Source of the DNA: Terrimicrobiaceae bacterium
GTDB lineage: Bacteria > Verrucomicrobiota > Verrucomicrobiia > Chthoniobacterales > Terrimicrobiaceae
Direction of reading: 5' to 3'
NCBI GenBank assembly: GCA_041752695.1
Contig: JBGSVZ010000035.1
Location: 32,001-96,000, forward strand
Length of the DNA: 64,000 nucleotides
The position numbers were made by a program, and so were the translations under genes. The notes below the pieces were generated by a model, which saw only the letters and a program-made list of their open reading frames with translations, was not told the origin of the DNA and searched no databases. Positions 1-9,934 of the stretch are shown one piece after another. Positions within the stretch are counted from its first letter, which is position 1, and each line of letters opens with the position of its first letter.

Positions 1-1
1 C

Positions 2-1279
2 TTGCGCATAATGCGCGCTGCCTCCAGTGGCAAGTGCCAGGGCTGTCTGCGAAAATTGCAGGCGCTCCTGCGAACGGCGATGGAGCGCAAACTCCCGCGC
101 CATCGAACCAATGCCCTCGGCCCACCAATCCGGCCAGAAGCCCTGACGGGTTTCGAGGGAAGAGGATGTCTCCGCTTCGATTTCAGCAAAGAATTGGTGA
201 AATGTGGACATGCGAATCTGGGGAGCCGAGTAGATCGCGTTCCACTCCTTCACGATTTCGGCAATTCGGAAATTCGGTCGCCCGTTATCGGAGTAGCTCC
301 CTTGGGTGCGCAGACCCAGAGTCTGGCCGGCGAATCCCCCGGCCTCCAGGCTGGCGAGGCGCTCACCCATGCGAGCCTCGACGGTCTCGAGTGATTCTGT
401 GAAGCCCAGGATGTTTCCCTCCTGATAGACGTGGTCGTAGAGATCGCTGAACCACGTGAAGAGTTCGCCTCCCGACGGACCCTGCCAAAGAAACGGACGT
501 GGCAGGTGCTTCAAGGCCTCACGGTGGAACGGAGCACGAAAGTTATTCGGTGCCATGGAGAGGTGGCGGATGCCAATATCATTGAGGAGGCGGGGCAAAA
601 GGGCAGATACACCGGGAACATCGCTCTGCACGGCGGTGCGAATGGTAAATCCCAGCTCGCGCAGCTTGCGCACGGGCTCAAGGGCGCGCATCAATTCCTC
701 CGCCATGCACCCCTCGCTGTGCAAGGTGTAGGGCATGGCCGCCACTTCAAGCAGGCCCGCACGATCCGCCTCCAGCAAGCGTTCGAGGCACGAGGCCGGT
801 CGGCTGTCCAGATACTTCAGAAGGGGAAACGTGCATTCGACATTCCAACGAAAGCGGTCTGCCTCGTCCTCAGCGCTGGCACGCGCGATATAGTCGAGCG
901 CTGTATCAAAGTTTGATAATTGAAGGCGCAGGATGTCGGGCATCACGCTCGTGTAGCCGTAGTCGAAATGCGATTGATGCAAAAGATGCACGCGCCAGGG
1001 TCGGCAGGGCGCGGCCATCATCTCAGTTCGTGTGTGTATTTGTCCGCCAGCGCGGAGTTCGATAGCCACAGACACCGTGCTCTCGGGTTCAGGAAACCAT
1101 GTGGTGATCCGTGTACGCCCAGCACCCCCTGAAAACGGAAAACTTCCCGTCGATCCGCAAGGAAAAATCAGAACCAACTCCGCTGGCCCAAGACCGTGGG
1201 CAAGCTCAACTTCGACATCAAGGCGACGTTGGTTGTCCGCTCGGCGAACGATGGGCAGGAGGCGGAACGCGAGTTTCAT
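2..1279 (-). CDS. GH38-like glycoside hydrolase (alpha-mannosidase-type N-terminal domain), partial, runs off the left edge
   Basis: Not in the ORF track; translated by hand from ATG at 1279 (MKLAFRLLP...). Contains PWRVHLLHQSHFDYGYT, FRWNVE, QSDVPG, SDNG and GFWPDWWAEG, colinear with the neighbouring 1281..3746 protein (HHSHTDIGYT, WNNE, ADVNG, SDNAPP, DWPDWWSDG). Starts 1 nt after that gene's stop. Confidence 0.85.
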   Translation of the reverse strand, partial: MKLAFRLLPIVRRADNQRRLDVEVELAHGLGPAELVLIFPCGSTGSFPFSGGAGRTRITTWFPEPESTVSVAIELRAGGQIHTRTEMMAAPCRPWRVHLLHQSHFDYGYTSVMPDILRLQLSNFDTALDYIARASAEDEADRFRWNVECTFPLLKYLDSRPASCLERLLEADRAGLLEVAAMPYTLHSEGCMAEELMRALEPVRKLRELGFTIRTAVQSDVPGVSALLPRLLNDIGIRHLSMAPNNFRAPFHREALKHLPRPFLWQGPSGGELFTWFSDLYDHVYQEGNILGFTESLETVEARMGERLASLEAGGFAGQTLGLRTQGSYSDNGRPNFRIAEIVKEWNAIYSAPQIRMSTFHQFFAEIEAETSSSLETRQGFWPDWWAEGIGSMAREFALHRRSQERLQFSQTALALATGGSAHYAQ

Positions 1280-1280
1280 T

Positions 1281-3746
1281 TTAGGATTCGGCCCGGAAGG
1301 TCAGAGGCAAATCATTGAGTGAAGCACAGGCGGCGAGGGCCGCAGGAGGGGTGGGAAGATGCGGCCCCCATTCGAGGCGGTAGCGGAATTCGTGAAAGCC
1401 GCCCAACGCCGCCTCAAAGTTTGTTTCCCAGTAGTTGGTCATGAGCCAGCCGTAAGGCTGTAAGGGGCGATTGGCCAGTTCCGGTGCGCCCATGAGGAGG
1501 CGCGGGCCATGGTCGAGAGGCCCAAGTTGGAGTATTGGGGCGTCCGGGCAAGCGACAGCCAGACCACGGCCCTCGGCCACCAGCGCGAAGCCGTGCTGGA
1601 GAGTATAAAAATCGGTGAGCGAATCCGGGAGTTGGTCAATGGACGGGCGAATGGCGGCACCAGTTTTATCAAGCCAGATCTGCGGGTCAGCCCCACCTGG
1701 GGTAAACGGCAGAGAAAGGTAAAGATTTTCGGGGTCCCAAACGGAATCTTTGTGGATGCAGAAGGAGGCATCCACCCGCGGCGCATCTTTCCATGCGGTG
1801 AGCGTAAGCTGCGCCATGCTGCAACCGGGGAGTTCAAACGTGAGACGTACAGAGGCAAAGAGAGGCCCGGCGCTGATCGGCTCGGCGGCAACGATTCGTC
1901 CACTGGACCGAACGACATCGGCACCTTTGCGATTGCGACCCATGCGGCCTCGGGCCATCAACTGGGCCTCGGGGTTGTTCGGTGGAAGGACTGGCGTCCG
2001 TTCGTAAACCGGGGTGAATGCGCCATGGTTGCGGTCCGGTAGAAGCAGGTCTTGGTCGGTGGCTTTGTCGAGCCAAGTGTCAATCTCTCCACCGATAGTC
2101 CATGTGATGCGCAAGTGCGGAGTTTCGAGGAATTCGGATGTTGCCTGAAGGGAACTCAGGCCTTCCGCGCCGAGAACATCGGGGAAAGTTGTGATACCCA
2201 AATGAACAAAGTCTGTGCAGTTGCGCTTCCTCGTCGAAAGGGTGAGCAGGCTCTCTTGCATCTCAAGATCGCGCGATTCAAAAGGACCAAGGTCGAGCCA
2301 GACCCCCCAGGCCATTCCTCGAGGCACGACCATTTTCTGAGCCGGGAGAGCAATCCCTGATTCAAGGTCAATGATGGAACACGCCATGTCGCGGTTGAAA
2401 AAGTCAGGGGCTTCCAGATAAAGGCGCGCGACGTCGCACACACGGTGGCCAGTGCAGTTGACCACACGATAAAGAAAGGGGCGGTCCGGAGCAAGGGGCC
2501 GGGCACCGAGTTGGCCGCTCAAGTCATCGAGAATTTCCTCACTGGCCTCCACGGCCGCCAAGGCATAACGGCGTTTCATGCCTGAAATCATTTTTACGGC
2601 ACCATCCCACGGTGCCGTGACAGAGTCGGAATGCCCAAAGGTGTGTTCTGTGTAGAGGGCGATGGATTGTTCCGCCCGATCACAGGCCTCCACCGGCAGC
2701 GTCAACTTTGAATGCTCAGCCAAAGAACGCGCGCTGGCGTATTCGCGCTGGGCTTGACGACAAAGACGAACCTCCGTCGGCTGGCTCGCGTAGCCGTCGC
2801 TCCACCAATCCGGCCAATCCCCTCGATGGGTGGGAATGTCCTTAAACTGCTCACGAACCAGGCTCGCAAAGTGCGCTGCCGTCGTCATTTCGAGGCGAAT
2901 TTTGTCACCGTGGCGGGAATTCCAATGGTTGGCAAACCGGGCGATCTCGCCATTGGGTGGCGCGTTGTCCGAGGTCATGCCGGAGATCGGTATCGGCACG
3001 ATGTTTCCGGCGTAACCATCGAGGGCGAGTTGGTTCAGGTAACGAGGCAGACGCAGCTCGGCGATGAGACCGCCGTCTTCACACGCGCTTTTGGGCCACC
3101 ACTCGTCTTTGAGTCCGTGCGTGAGGTGACCGCGCGGGCAGAGACCCATCACGTTACCCACGTTGTAGTGCTCTCCGAGCCAGACGAGGACTTTGTCGCC
3201 GCGCGGCGTCTCCCACCAGAACGGTGTCTGGCGGCGACCCAGCGGCGCGAGGCCGTGCGCGGGGTGCAGGAACATGAGCAGATTGTGCACACCGCTATCG
3301 TGGAGCGCCTGACTGTATCCCCAGCTGAAGCCGTTCACGTCGGCGGTGATCGCCGTATCGACCACAACACCCATCTCGGCAGCGACACGTTGGGAGCGCG
3401 AGAACATGCTGCGCAGCACATGATCGTCCACAAGTTCGTTGAAGTGGAGGAACGTGCCGGACAAACCAAAACGTCCGGCGCGCACCGCTCTCACCAGTTC
3501 GGAACGCCGCTCGGCGGACGCCACTCGCCACCAGCCTTCCAAGGCCCAGTGACATTCATTGTTCCAGACGAAGCCCTCGGGATCTCCGGCTTGAATCAAG
3601 TTCAGCGCTTGCTCGGTAAAGTCGAAATGTCGCCTCTCAATGCGCTTTTGCGTTTCCGTGTAGCCGATGTCGGTATGGGAATGGTGGATGAGATAGACCG
3701 TCCACGGACGGTCTAGTGGGTTTGACAAGAGCTCTTGGTTAATCAT
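1281..3746 (-). CDS. GH38-like glycoside hydrolase (alpha-mannosidase-like)
   Basis: 821 aa. N-terminal HHSHTDIGYT metal-binding motif, putative nucleophile in TADVNG, middle-domain EHTFG, C-terminal beta domain with MTNYWETNF. No signal peptide evident. Confidence 0.8.
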   Translation of the reverse strand: MINQELLSNPLDRPWTVYLIHHSHTDIGYTETQKRIERRHFDFTEQALNLIQAGDPEGFVWNNECHWALEGWWRVASAERRSELVRAVRAGRFGLSGTFLHFNELVDDHVLRSMFSRSQRVAAEMGVVVDTAITADVNGFSWGYSQALHDSGVHNLLMFLHPAHGLAPLGRRQTPFWWETPRGDKVLVWLGEHYNVGNVMGLCPRGHLTHGLKDEWWPKSACEDGGLIAELRLPRYLNQLALDGYAGNIVPIPISGMTSDNAPPNGEIARFANHWNSRHGDKIRLEMTTAAHFASLVREQFKDIPTHRGDWPDWWSDGYASQPTEVRLCRQAQREYASARSLAEHSKLTLPVEACDRAEQSIALYTEHTFGHSDSVTAPWDGAVKMISGMKRRYALAAVEASEEILDDLSGQLGARPLAPDRPFLYRVVNCTGHRVCDVARLYLEAPDFFNRDMACSIIDLESGIALPAQKMVVPRGMAWGVWLDLGPFESRDLEMQESLLTLSTRKRNCTDFVHLGITTFPDVLGAEGLSSLQATSEFLETPHLRITWTIGGEIDTWLDKATDQDLLLPDRNHGAFTPVYERTPVLPPNNPEAQLMARGRMGRNRKGADVVRSSGRIVAAEPISAGPLFASVRLTFELPGCSMAQLTLTAWKDAPRVDASFCIHKDSVWDPENLYLSLPFTPGGADPQIWLDKTGAAIRPSIDQLPDSLTDFYTLQHGFALVAEGRGLAVACPDAPILQLGPLDHGPRLLMGAPELANRPLQPYGWLMTNYWETNFEAALGGFHEFRYRLEWGPHLPTPPAALAACASLNDLPLTFRAES

Positions 3747-3764
3747 GAAATCTGACGAAATGGG

Positions 3765-5117
3765 CTAAGGCTGCTGGATAAGTGGCGCGGGCGCGGAGGC
3801 ATCCGCTTGCTTCGACCAACGCTCGAATCTCGCACGCAATTCCGCCAATCGTTTTGGCTCCGATCCTGCCAGATCTTGCGATTCACCGGGATCCGCCGAC
3901 AAATCAAAGAGGGCGAAAATTTCACCCGCGCTGTCCGGGAAGCGGTGGAGTTTCCACTGACCAGAGCGAATGGCCCACTGGCCGGCAAAAGGCCCCGTCC
4001 TCCACCACCAGAAGAGATCGCGCGCGGGTAGGACCGATTTCCCTTCGAGCACCGGCAGCAAATTGGCGCCATCTAAAGAGGCGGGAATTGGTTGGTCTGC
4101 GGCCGCCAAGCAGGTTGGTAGAATGTCGAGAGTCGACACGGGGCCTTTGAGTGTGCGTGCCCCGGAAAACCTAGCAGGCCACGACACAACAAACGGCACC
4201 CGGATTCCTCCCTCCAGCATCTGGAGCTTCTCGCCGTTCAGCGGTGCGTTGTCTGCGTGAGTTGCCAAAACCGAGCCACCGTTGTCGGTCAAGAAAATGA
4301 TAAGCGTGTTCTCGTAGATGCCGGCATCGTCGAGCGCACCGAGCACTTGCCCCACGCCAGCATCAAGGTAGTCGATCATCGCCAACAGAATCTTCCGGGC
4401 CGGATCCTGGCTGTGAACATGATGCTTTTCGACATCCTCAATGTGAGCCTGAAGAGGTGTGTGCACGGCGTTGTAGGCAAGATAGAGAATGAAAGGTTCC
4501 TCTCGATGCCGTTGAATGAAGTCAACCGCCTCCTCGGTGAGACGGTGGGTCAGATATCCTTGTTCACCCACCAGCTTCTTCTTAGCACGGTAAAGAGGAG
4601 CGAAGTCTGTCATGGTATTGGACAGATCGAAGTAGTTCCGTCCGCCATGATTGAACCCGTAAAACTCATCGAATCCCCGAACTGTTGGATTTCCGGCACC
4701 CGCGATGTCAACCGTTTCATGCCATTTTCCCAAGGCCGTCGAAACGTAGCCGGCGGAGCGCAGGTAGCTGGGCAACAGTTGAACCGGTTGGGTGGCAACG
4801 TCGGCCCAGTGCACTCCGCTTCGTTGTTGGTAGCGTCCCGTGAGCAAAGCCGCCCGCGACGGCAGACACATCGGTGCTGTCACGTAGCCCTCTTCAAAAA
4901 TAACTCCATCCCGTGCGATGCGATCGATATTGGGAGTCGAGACTCCAGCTTTGTGCAGTGGATTAAAACTCACGTCCGCATAGCCCTGATCGTCGCTCAC
5001 AATGATGACGATGTTCGGTACTTTCGACTGTGATTCGGCCACTGCGAAGGTAGCAAATGTAAGGGGCAGAATTGCTCCTATCGCTTGAGGGAGGCTTCTC
5101 TGTAAATTTAATTTCAC
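3765..5117 (-). CDS. Formylglycine-dependent (Cys-type) sulfatase, secreted
   Basis: PNIVIIVSDDQGY, CLPSRAALLTGR (CxPxR), GKWH, NAVHTP, TDNGG and EGGIRVP motifs. The ORF-track start (5219) overlaps the upstream gene; GTG at 5117 gives a signal-peptide-like N terminus. Confidence 0.92.
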   Translation of the reverse strand: MKLNLQRSLPQAIGAILPLTFATFAVAESQSKVPNIVIIVSDDQGYADVSFNPLHKAGVSTPNIDRIARDGVIFEEGYVTAPMCLPSRAALLTGRYQQRSGVHWADVATQPVQLLPSYLRSAGYVSTALGKWHETVDIAGAGNPTVRGFDEFYGFNHGGRNYFDLSNTMTDFAPLYRAKKKLVGEQGYLTHRLTEEAVDFIQRHREEPFILYLAYNAVHTPLQAHIEDVEKHHVHSQDPARKILLAMIDYLDAGVGQVLGALDDAGIYENTLIIFLTDNGGSVLATHADNAPLNGEKLQMLEGGIRVPFVVSWPARFSGARTLKGPVSTLDILPTCLAAADQPIPASLDGANLLPVLEGKSVLPARDLFWWWRTGPFAGQWAIRSGQWKLHRFPDSAGEIFALFDLSADPGESQDLAGSEPKRLAELRARFERWSKQADASAPAPLIQQP

Positions 5118-5127
5118 TGAACTTAGA

Positions 5128-7110
5128 CTAGAGATCTTCGTTTCTCGCCGTGTCGCTCGTCCGCAAAGAAAGATGCTGGAGCGGGCGCCACCAGAAAAGA
5201 TACATCCCGACAGCTCCAACCATGAAGATCGGTAAAGTCGTCCAAAAGGCGGCGTAGTTCTTCACCACGAGCTGCATCGGCATGAGGAAAAAGCAAACCT
5301 GGGCCACGAGAGTGAATGGAACGGCGGTGATATCGTTGCGATGCTCCCTCCGCATTTCGGCTCCAGCTTCTCCAGCAATTTCGTTCCGAAACGGTCCCCA
5401 GAGGCCGAAGGGCCGTGTGGTTCGGAAAAAATGCGTCAACGTTTTCCGATCCGTGGCAGGGGTCAGCATCGAGACGATGATCGTCCCGCCAAAGGAAAGG
5501 GTGGCCATCGTGATGAATTGGACCCATTCCAGCATCTCGGGCATCAACAGACGCTGAATCACTGCACCCGTCATGCCGACAGCCAGTCCGCCCGCCACAC
5601 CCCAGGCGTTGCAGCGCCACCAATAAAGCCTGAGGAGAGCAGGCGCGATGCCGCCCGCCCCAAAGCCCATCACCAGCCAGCCCCACAGCTCGTTGATATT
5701 TCCGGCGGCAACACCCATGGCAAATCCAAGAATCACAATCACCGTCGTCGAGATATAGGAGGTGATGATTAACTCGCGGTTACCAGCAGAAGGTCGTAGG
5801 AAATTCTGGTAAAGATCTCTCACCACCAAAGCGCCACAGCCGTTCACCAACGACGTGAAGGTCGACATCATTGCCGCGATCATTGCCACGAAAAGGATCC
5901 CACGCAATCCCGATGGGATGGAGCTCATTAGCACGGCTGGAAGAATGCGCTCTGGATCAATGCTTCCACGGAAACCGACCAGTCCGACTTTATTTTTCCA
6001 ATCCTCGCCGAGGGCTTCCCTTAGAGCCTGGATCATCACCGGGTTCTGGGCATCTGGTGATAGGACGATTGCAGAAGTCCGATCGAACCAATTGGAAGCT
6101 GTCAATCCAGGGTTCGCAGCATGAATCGCATAGGCGGCCATCTGCACATTGGTGTTGTCCGGCAGGGTGCGATTTACGAGATAGATTCCCATCACGGCGA
6201 AGCCGATCATCATCGGCCACCGCAGCATGACCGTGACGCCTTGAAGCAGACATTGGAGGCCGCATTCGCGATCATTCCGTGCCGCAAAGAATCTCGGCTC
6301 CGCGCCCGAACCCATCCCGCCAAGAATGTTTCGCACCAGATAGAAAAAAGAGAACATCACCAATGCCTCGTAGGCCTCGTAGCCCGGCGGCATAGTCGTC
6401 TGCCATTTTGGAACACTACTCGTCCAATCCACATTGCCCGTGACAAGCCCGGCGGTCGCCGCGAGCGATTGCATATCCGGCACCATCATCCACGCCAAGA
6501 CCCCGACAATGATGCAGGAGAGAATGATAATTACCCCTTGGATCACATCCGTCAGGACGACTCCATAAAACCCGGCGCAGACAGTGTAGATTGTCGTAAA
6601 GACCAGCAAGACAATCGTCATTTCCATCGGCGGATAGGGCAAAAACATCCCAAGGAAAATGCTCGTGCCGCGCACAAGGTAGGCCAGCATCCCAACGGTT
6701 CCGATGATGCCCATGATGGCCGACATGGCTCTGATGAGTTCCCCGCCGGGCCCGGTGCCGAACCGGTAGGTCATCCATTCCGCCGGCGTCATCACGCCCG
6801 AGCGGCGGTGCCATTTTCCTGCGTAGGCAAGGAGGAATGCCAGCACAAGCACCGCACCCCCACGAAACTCGATGAACAGCCCGCGCGGTCCGAGCATGTA
6901 GAGAAACGACGTGATGACCATCGTTCCTGTGAGATCAAACCACGCCGTCATTCCCGCAATGCCAAGTAAATACCATGGGAGTGCGCGACCGCCGAGGAAG
7001 TAATGCTCGAGGCTCTTGCCCGCTCGACGGGTCATGACCAGACCCGCCACCATGGTGATGGCAAAGAAGGCAACGATGACAATGTAATCTGCCGTGGAGA
7101 GAGCGTTCAT
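5128..7110 (-). CDS. Sodium:solute symporter (SSS) family transporter
   Basis: 660 aa, many hydrophobic helices. YFLGGRALPW, GFYGVVLTDVIQG and AAMMST are typical SSS motifs. Confidence 0.9.
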   Translation of the reverse strand: MNALSTADYIVIVAFFAITMVAGLVMTRRAGKSLEHYFLGGRALPWYLLGIAGMTAWFDLTGTMVITSFLYMLGPRGLFIEFRGGAVLVLAFLLAYAGKWHRRSGVMTPAEWMTYRFGTGPGGELIRAMSAIMGIIGTVGMLAYLVRGTSIFLGMFLPYPPMEMTIVLLVFTTIYTVCAGFYGVVLTDVIQGVIIILSCIIVGVLAWMMVPDMQSLAATAGLVTGNVDWTSSVPKWQTTMPPGYEAYEALVMFSFFYLVRNILGGMGSGAEPRFFAARNDRECGLQCLLQGVTVMLRWPMMIGFAVMGIYLVNRTLPDNTNVQMAAYAIHAANPGLTASNWFDRTSAIVLSPDAQNPVMIQALREALGEDWKNKVGLVGFRGSIDPERILPAVLMSSIPSGLRGILFVAMIAAMMSTFTSLVNGCGALVVRDLYQNFLRPSAGNRELIITSYISTTVIVILGFAMGVAAGNINELWGWLVMGFGAGGIAPALLRLYWWRCNAWGVAGGLAVGMTGAVIQRLLMPEMLEWVQFITMATLSFGGTIIVSMLTPATDRKTLTHFFRTTRPFGLWGPFRNEIAGEAGAEMRREHRNDITAVPFTLVAQVCFFLMPMQLVVKNYAAFWTTLPIFMVGAVGMYLFWWRPLQHLSLRTSDTARNEDL

Positions 7111-7128
7111 CTGTGAATGCTACTGTGA

Positions 7129-9894
7129 CTAACTAAGAAGGAGGGTCACTATCTGTTTGGATTGTAGCGTAATCGGCATCGAAAGAAGCTGCGGCTTGCC
7201 GATGGGTTGGCTCTCCATATCCACGGGCTGCGCCCGCTTCCAAACCCCTCCCGGTTTTGTGGGCTTGCCCGGGGTAATTCGCGCAATCGCTTTTCGCTCT
7301 CCTGGGTTGAAAAGACGAACTTCTGTCGATCCATCCACTTGGCGAATGCTTGTGCAGACAACGCCGCCGGAAACGTCGAGTAGTCCACCGCGAGCAGCAA
7401 GGCGCTGGCCGGACCAGGGTGCCGCAACAAAGTGGCGTGGTTGGATCTGTGCATCGCGCAGGCCCGCCCCAAGCTGCTGGCCAAGCTGGCAGAGCGCCAC
7501 ACGCGGCAGCGCACCGGAAAAGGGCACAATCCAATACTGAAATCGGAGCGGCCCTTGAAGTTGGCCCTCGGGCTGGCCGTCGGTGATGACGGTGCGGCGG
7601 GTCGCGCGGAAAAGGGTGAGGGCAATCGGACGGTCAGGCAGGTCGCGCACGGCGGTCTCAAGCAGGCCAGTGGAAACGATGGCAAGACCGCGCTTTGCAC
7701 TTGAGACAGCAGTCCACGTTTGTTGGGCTGTGGTTTCGACTGCAAGTTCGCGGCGGCGGTGATTGTCCGATGGCAAGGCAATTTCGCGCTCAACCACATC
7801 GAATGCATTGTCAGAAAAATACGTCGTTGCATTGACTCCGCTTGGAAAAAGGACACGTAGTCGATGATCGCGCACGGCATTGTCGATGGAGGTCGTGACC
7901 TCCACGCGATCGCTGCCAGCACGCAGGGTGACCGTGCTGTCGCAGAGCAGTTCCACGAAACGCTCCGAGCGGCGGCGCGACTCAAACTCGTAGGTCTCCG
8001 GCACACGCAAATGAAGGCGGATGCGGAAGGTGCATTGCTGCGGCCCGTCGTGCAGGAGAATCACCTCCGCCGACGAGCCTGTGGAGGCAACCTGCTGGTC
8101 ATTGCCCGCAACGCCGTGAAACCAGCCATCGCCAATGTCGGCAATGTCTTCAAACGTGAGCAGCCGGGAGTAAATTTCCTTGCTGTGCTTGTCGGTAACG
8201 GTGAGTGAACCATTCGGCTCGATGCGCACGGACAGCGTCTCATTTTCCATCGAGCACTCGCTCGTGGCAAGGCCCGGCGTGGCGGGGTGACGGGTCGGGA
8301 GCATGCCTTCAAGCATGGGGCCATCCTTCGTGGATTTTTGGCCTTCGCGAATCGTCAGGGTGGTATAACCGGTCGCCGGGATCGCGAGGCGCAGGGCCAC
8401 CTTGCACTCATGCACGCGATAGGCCTCTGGATATTTGATCGCCCAAATGCGGCGGCGGAGGCGAGGCGGAGAGACCGCCAGAAGCTGGTAGGGGATTTCT
8501 TTGTCCGTGGCAGCATCAAAGATGCGAAAGCCCGGCTTCGGTTCGAAGCCGAAGAATTCGTTGTATTGACCCCATTCCACCGGAATATCGAGCATGAGTT
8601 CGGCGGTCTCGTCGAAGGCGGTTGTGAGAGGGTTGCCCACGACCACGCGAGTTTCATTGGCTGCGATCTCACCCTCGACCGCGCGGGCGATCAGTTGGAG
8701 AGCCTCATTCGTCTGCGCGGTGGCAATCTGCAAGCACTGCGCAAAGCGATACTTCATGTCCTCGTGAACTTCGTCGATACTGCATCCGCAGATGGAGTCG
8801 TGAGGGTGATTCAGCAGGAGCCAGCGCCACGCGGTTGCGAGAAATTGCGTGGGATACTCGACGCCAAGTCGTGCCGACGTGAGCACAGAGAAGGGTTCAG
8901 CCCACTGACACAGGAAACTCTGGCAATCGGCATTTTGCTGCTTGATCCACACGCGGCTCGAGAGAACGCCAGGGATCAGCCATTGGGCGTCTTTCTCGCC
9001 GGAGACGATAGCCGTCTCGCGAAGCTCTCCGCACACCACATCAGTGATGGCCGCTTCGTGCTCCAGCATGTCCCCAATGTAGCTATCGAGCGTGCTATGT
9101 TGCACCGCATATGGAAACTCCGTCGAGGCTTCGCGCTCGAAAAATTTTCGGTAATGGTCTGAATCGTATTCGAGGTGATCACCTCCGTCGAAAACCAGCA
9201 GGGGTGGAATGGCCGTGCGAGCCGCCTCCTTGGCGAGAAACACGTCGAGATCCTCAACGGCCTGCGCCTCATCAAAGGCCACACCATGCTCGGTGGAGTG
9301 GCGAACGTCATAGGTGTAATCGCAATAGCCCGCGCGGCCAAAACGAAAGCACACAACCTCGCTGCCATCGCTGCCCTGCCAGCGCAGGTGCGCCGTCTTG
9401 CGGGGTTCGATCCCGCGCCAGACGAATGCCCCGCGAATGCCGAATCCACGCAGAATCTGAGGCAACTGGCCGACATGACCGAATAAATCGCAAACGAAAC
9501 CCGCACTCGACGGTGTCGCACCTAAACCCCGCGCAACTTCACGACCAAGGCGGATATTCCGCACCAAAGATTCGCCAGAGACGAGCCATTCGTCCGGCAG
9601 CACAAACCATGGGCCGACAATGATGCGACCCGTGCGGGCATACTCCTCAACCTGCTTGCGACGTTCTGGACGGATTTCCAAATAGTCTTCAAGGATGACC
9701 GCCTGCCCATCGGTCGTGAAGGGACCGCGCAACTTGCCAGAAGCCAAATCATCCAACACACGGTCGAGCAAGCGCACGAGACGGCGGCGGTAATCCTGAA
9801 ACGTCTGATACCACTCACGATCCCAGTGGGTGCTGAGCACGTAGTGAACGGGACGAACGGTAAGTGGGGATTTGGGGCGAGGTTTTGCGGCCAT
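7129..9894 (-). CDS. GH38 alpha-mannosidase (MngB-like)
   Basis: STHWDREWY, DGQ, GPWFVLPDEWLVSGESLVRN, nucleophile DLFGH and HPHDSICGCSID are canonical GH38 motifs. Confidence 0.9.
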   Translation of the reverse strand: MAAKPRPKSPLTVRPVHYVLSTHWDREWYQTFQDYRRRLVRLLDRVLDDLASGKLRGPFTTDGQAVILEDYLEIRPERRKQVEEYARTGRIIVGPWFVLPDEWLVSGESLVRNIRLGREVARGLGATPSSAGFVCDLFGHVGQLPQILRGFGIRGAFVWRGIEPRKTAHLRWQGSDGSEVVCFRFGRAGYCDYTYDVRHSTEHGVAFDEAQAVEDLDVFLAKEAARTAIPPLLVFDGGDHLEYDSDHYRKFFEREASTEFPYAVQHSTLDSYIGDMLEHEAAITDVVCGELRETAIVSGEKDAQWLIPGVLSSRVWIKQQNADCQSFLCQWAEPFSVLTSARLGVEYPTQFLATAWRWLLLNHPHDSICGCSIDEVHEDMKYRFAQCLQIATAQTNEALQLIARAVEGEIAANETRVVVGNPLTTAFDETAELMLDIPVEWGQYNEFFGFEPKPGFRIFDAATDKEIPYQLLAVSPPRLRRRIWAIKYPEAYRVHECKVALRLAIPATGYTTLTIREGQKSTKDGPMLEGMLPTRHPATPGLATSECSMENETLSVRIEPNGSLTVTDKHSKEIYSRLLTFEDIADIGDGWFHGVAGNDQQVASTGSSAEVILLHDGPQQCTFRIRLHLRVPETYEFESRRRSERFVELLCDSTVTLRAGSDRVEVTTSIDNAVRDHRLRVLFPSGVNATTYFSDNAFDVVEREIALPSDNHRRRELAVETTAQQTWTAVSSAKRGLAIVSTGLLETAVRDLPDRPIALTLFRATRRTVITDGQPEGQLQGPLRFQYWIVPFSGALPRVALCQLGQQLGAGLRDAQIQPRHFVAAPWSGQRLAARGGLLDVSGGVVCTSIRQVDGSTEVRLFNPGERKAIARITPGKPTKPGGVWKRAQPVDMESQPIGKPQLLSMPITLQSKQIVTLLLS

Positions 9895-9934
9895 GATTTG
9901 GGGATAAGTTGCGGAGGTAATTAAAAAAGGAGAG

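Noticed and set aside
2..1322. Several plus-strand ORFs in the track (130, 122, 161 aa and shorter)
   Set aside because: They lie antisense to the partial GH38-like gene on the minus strand.
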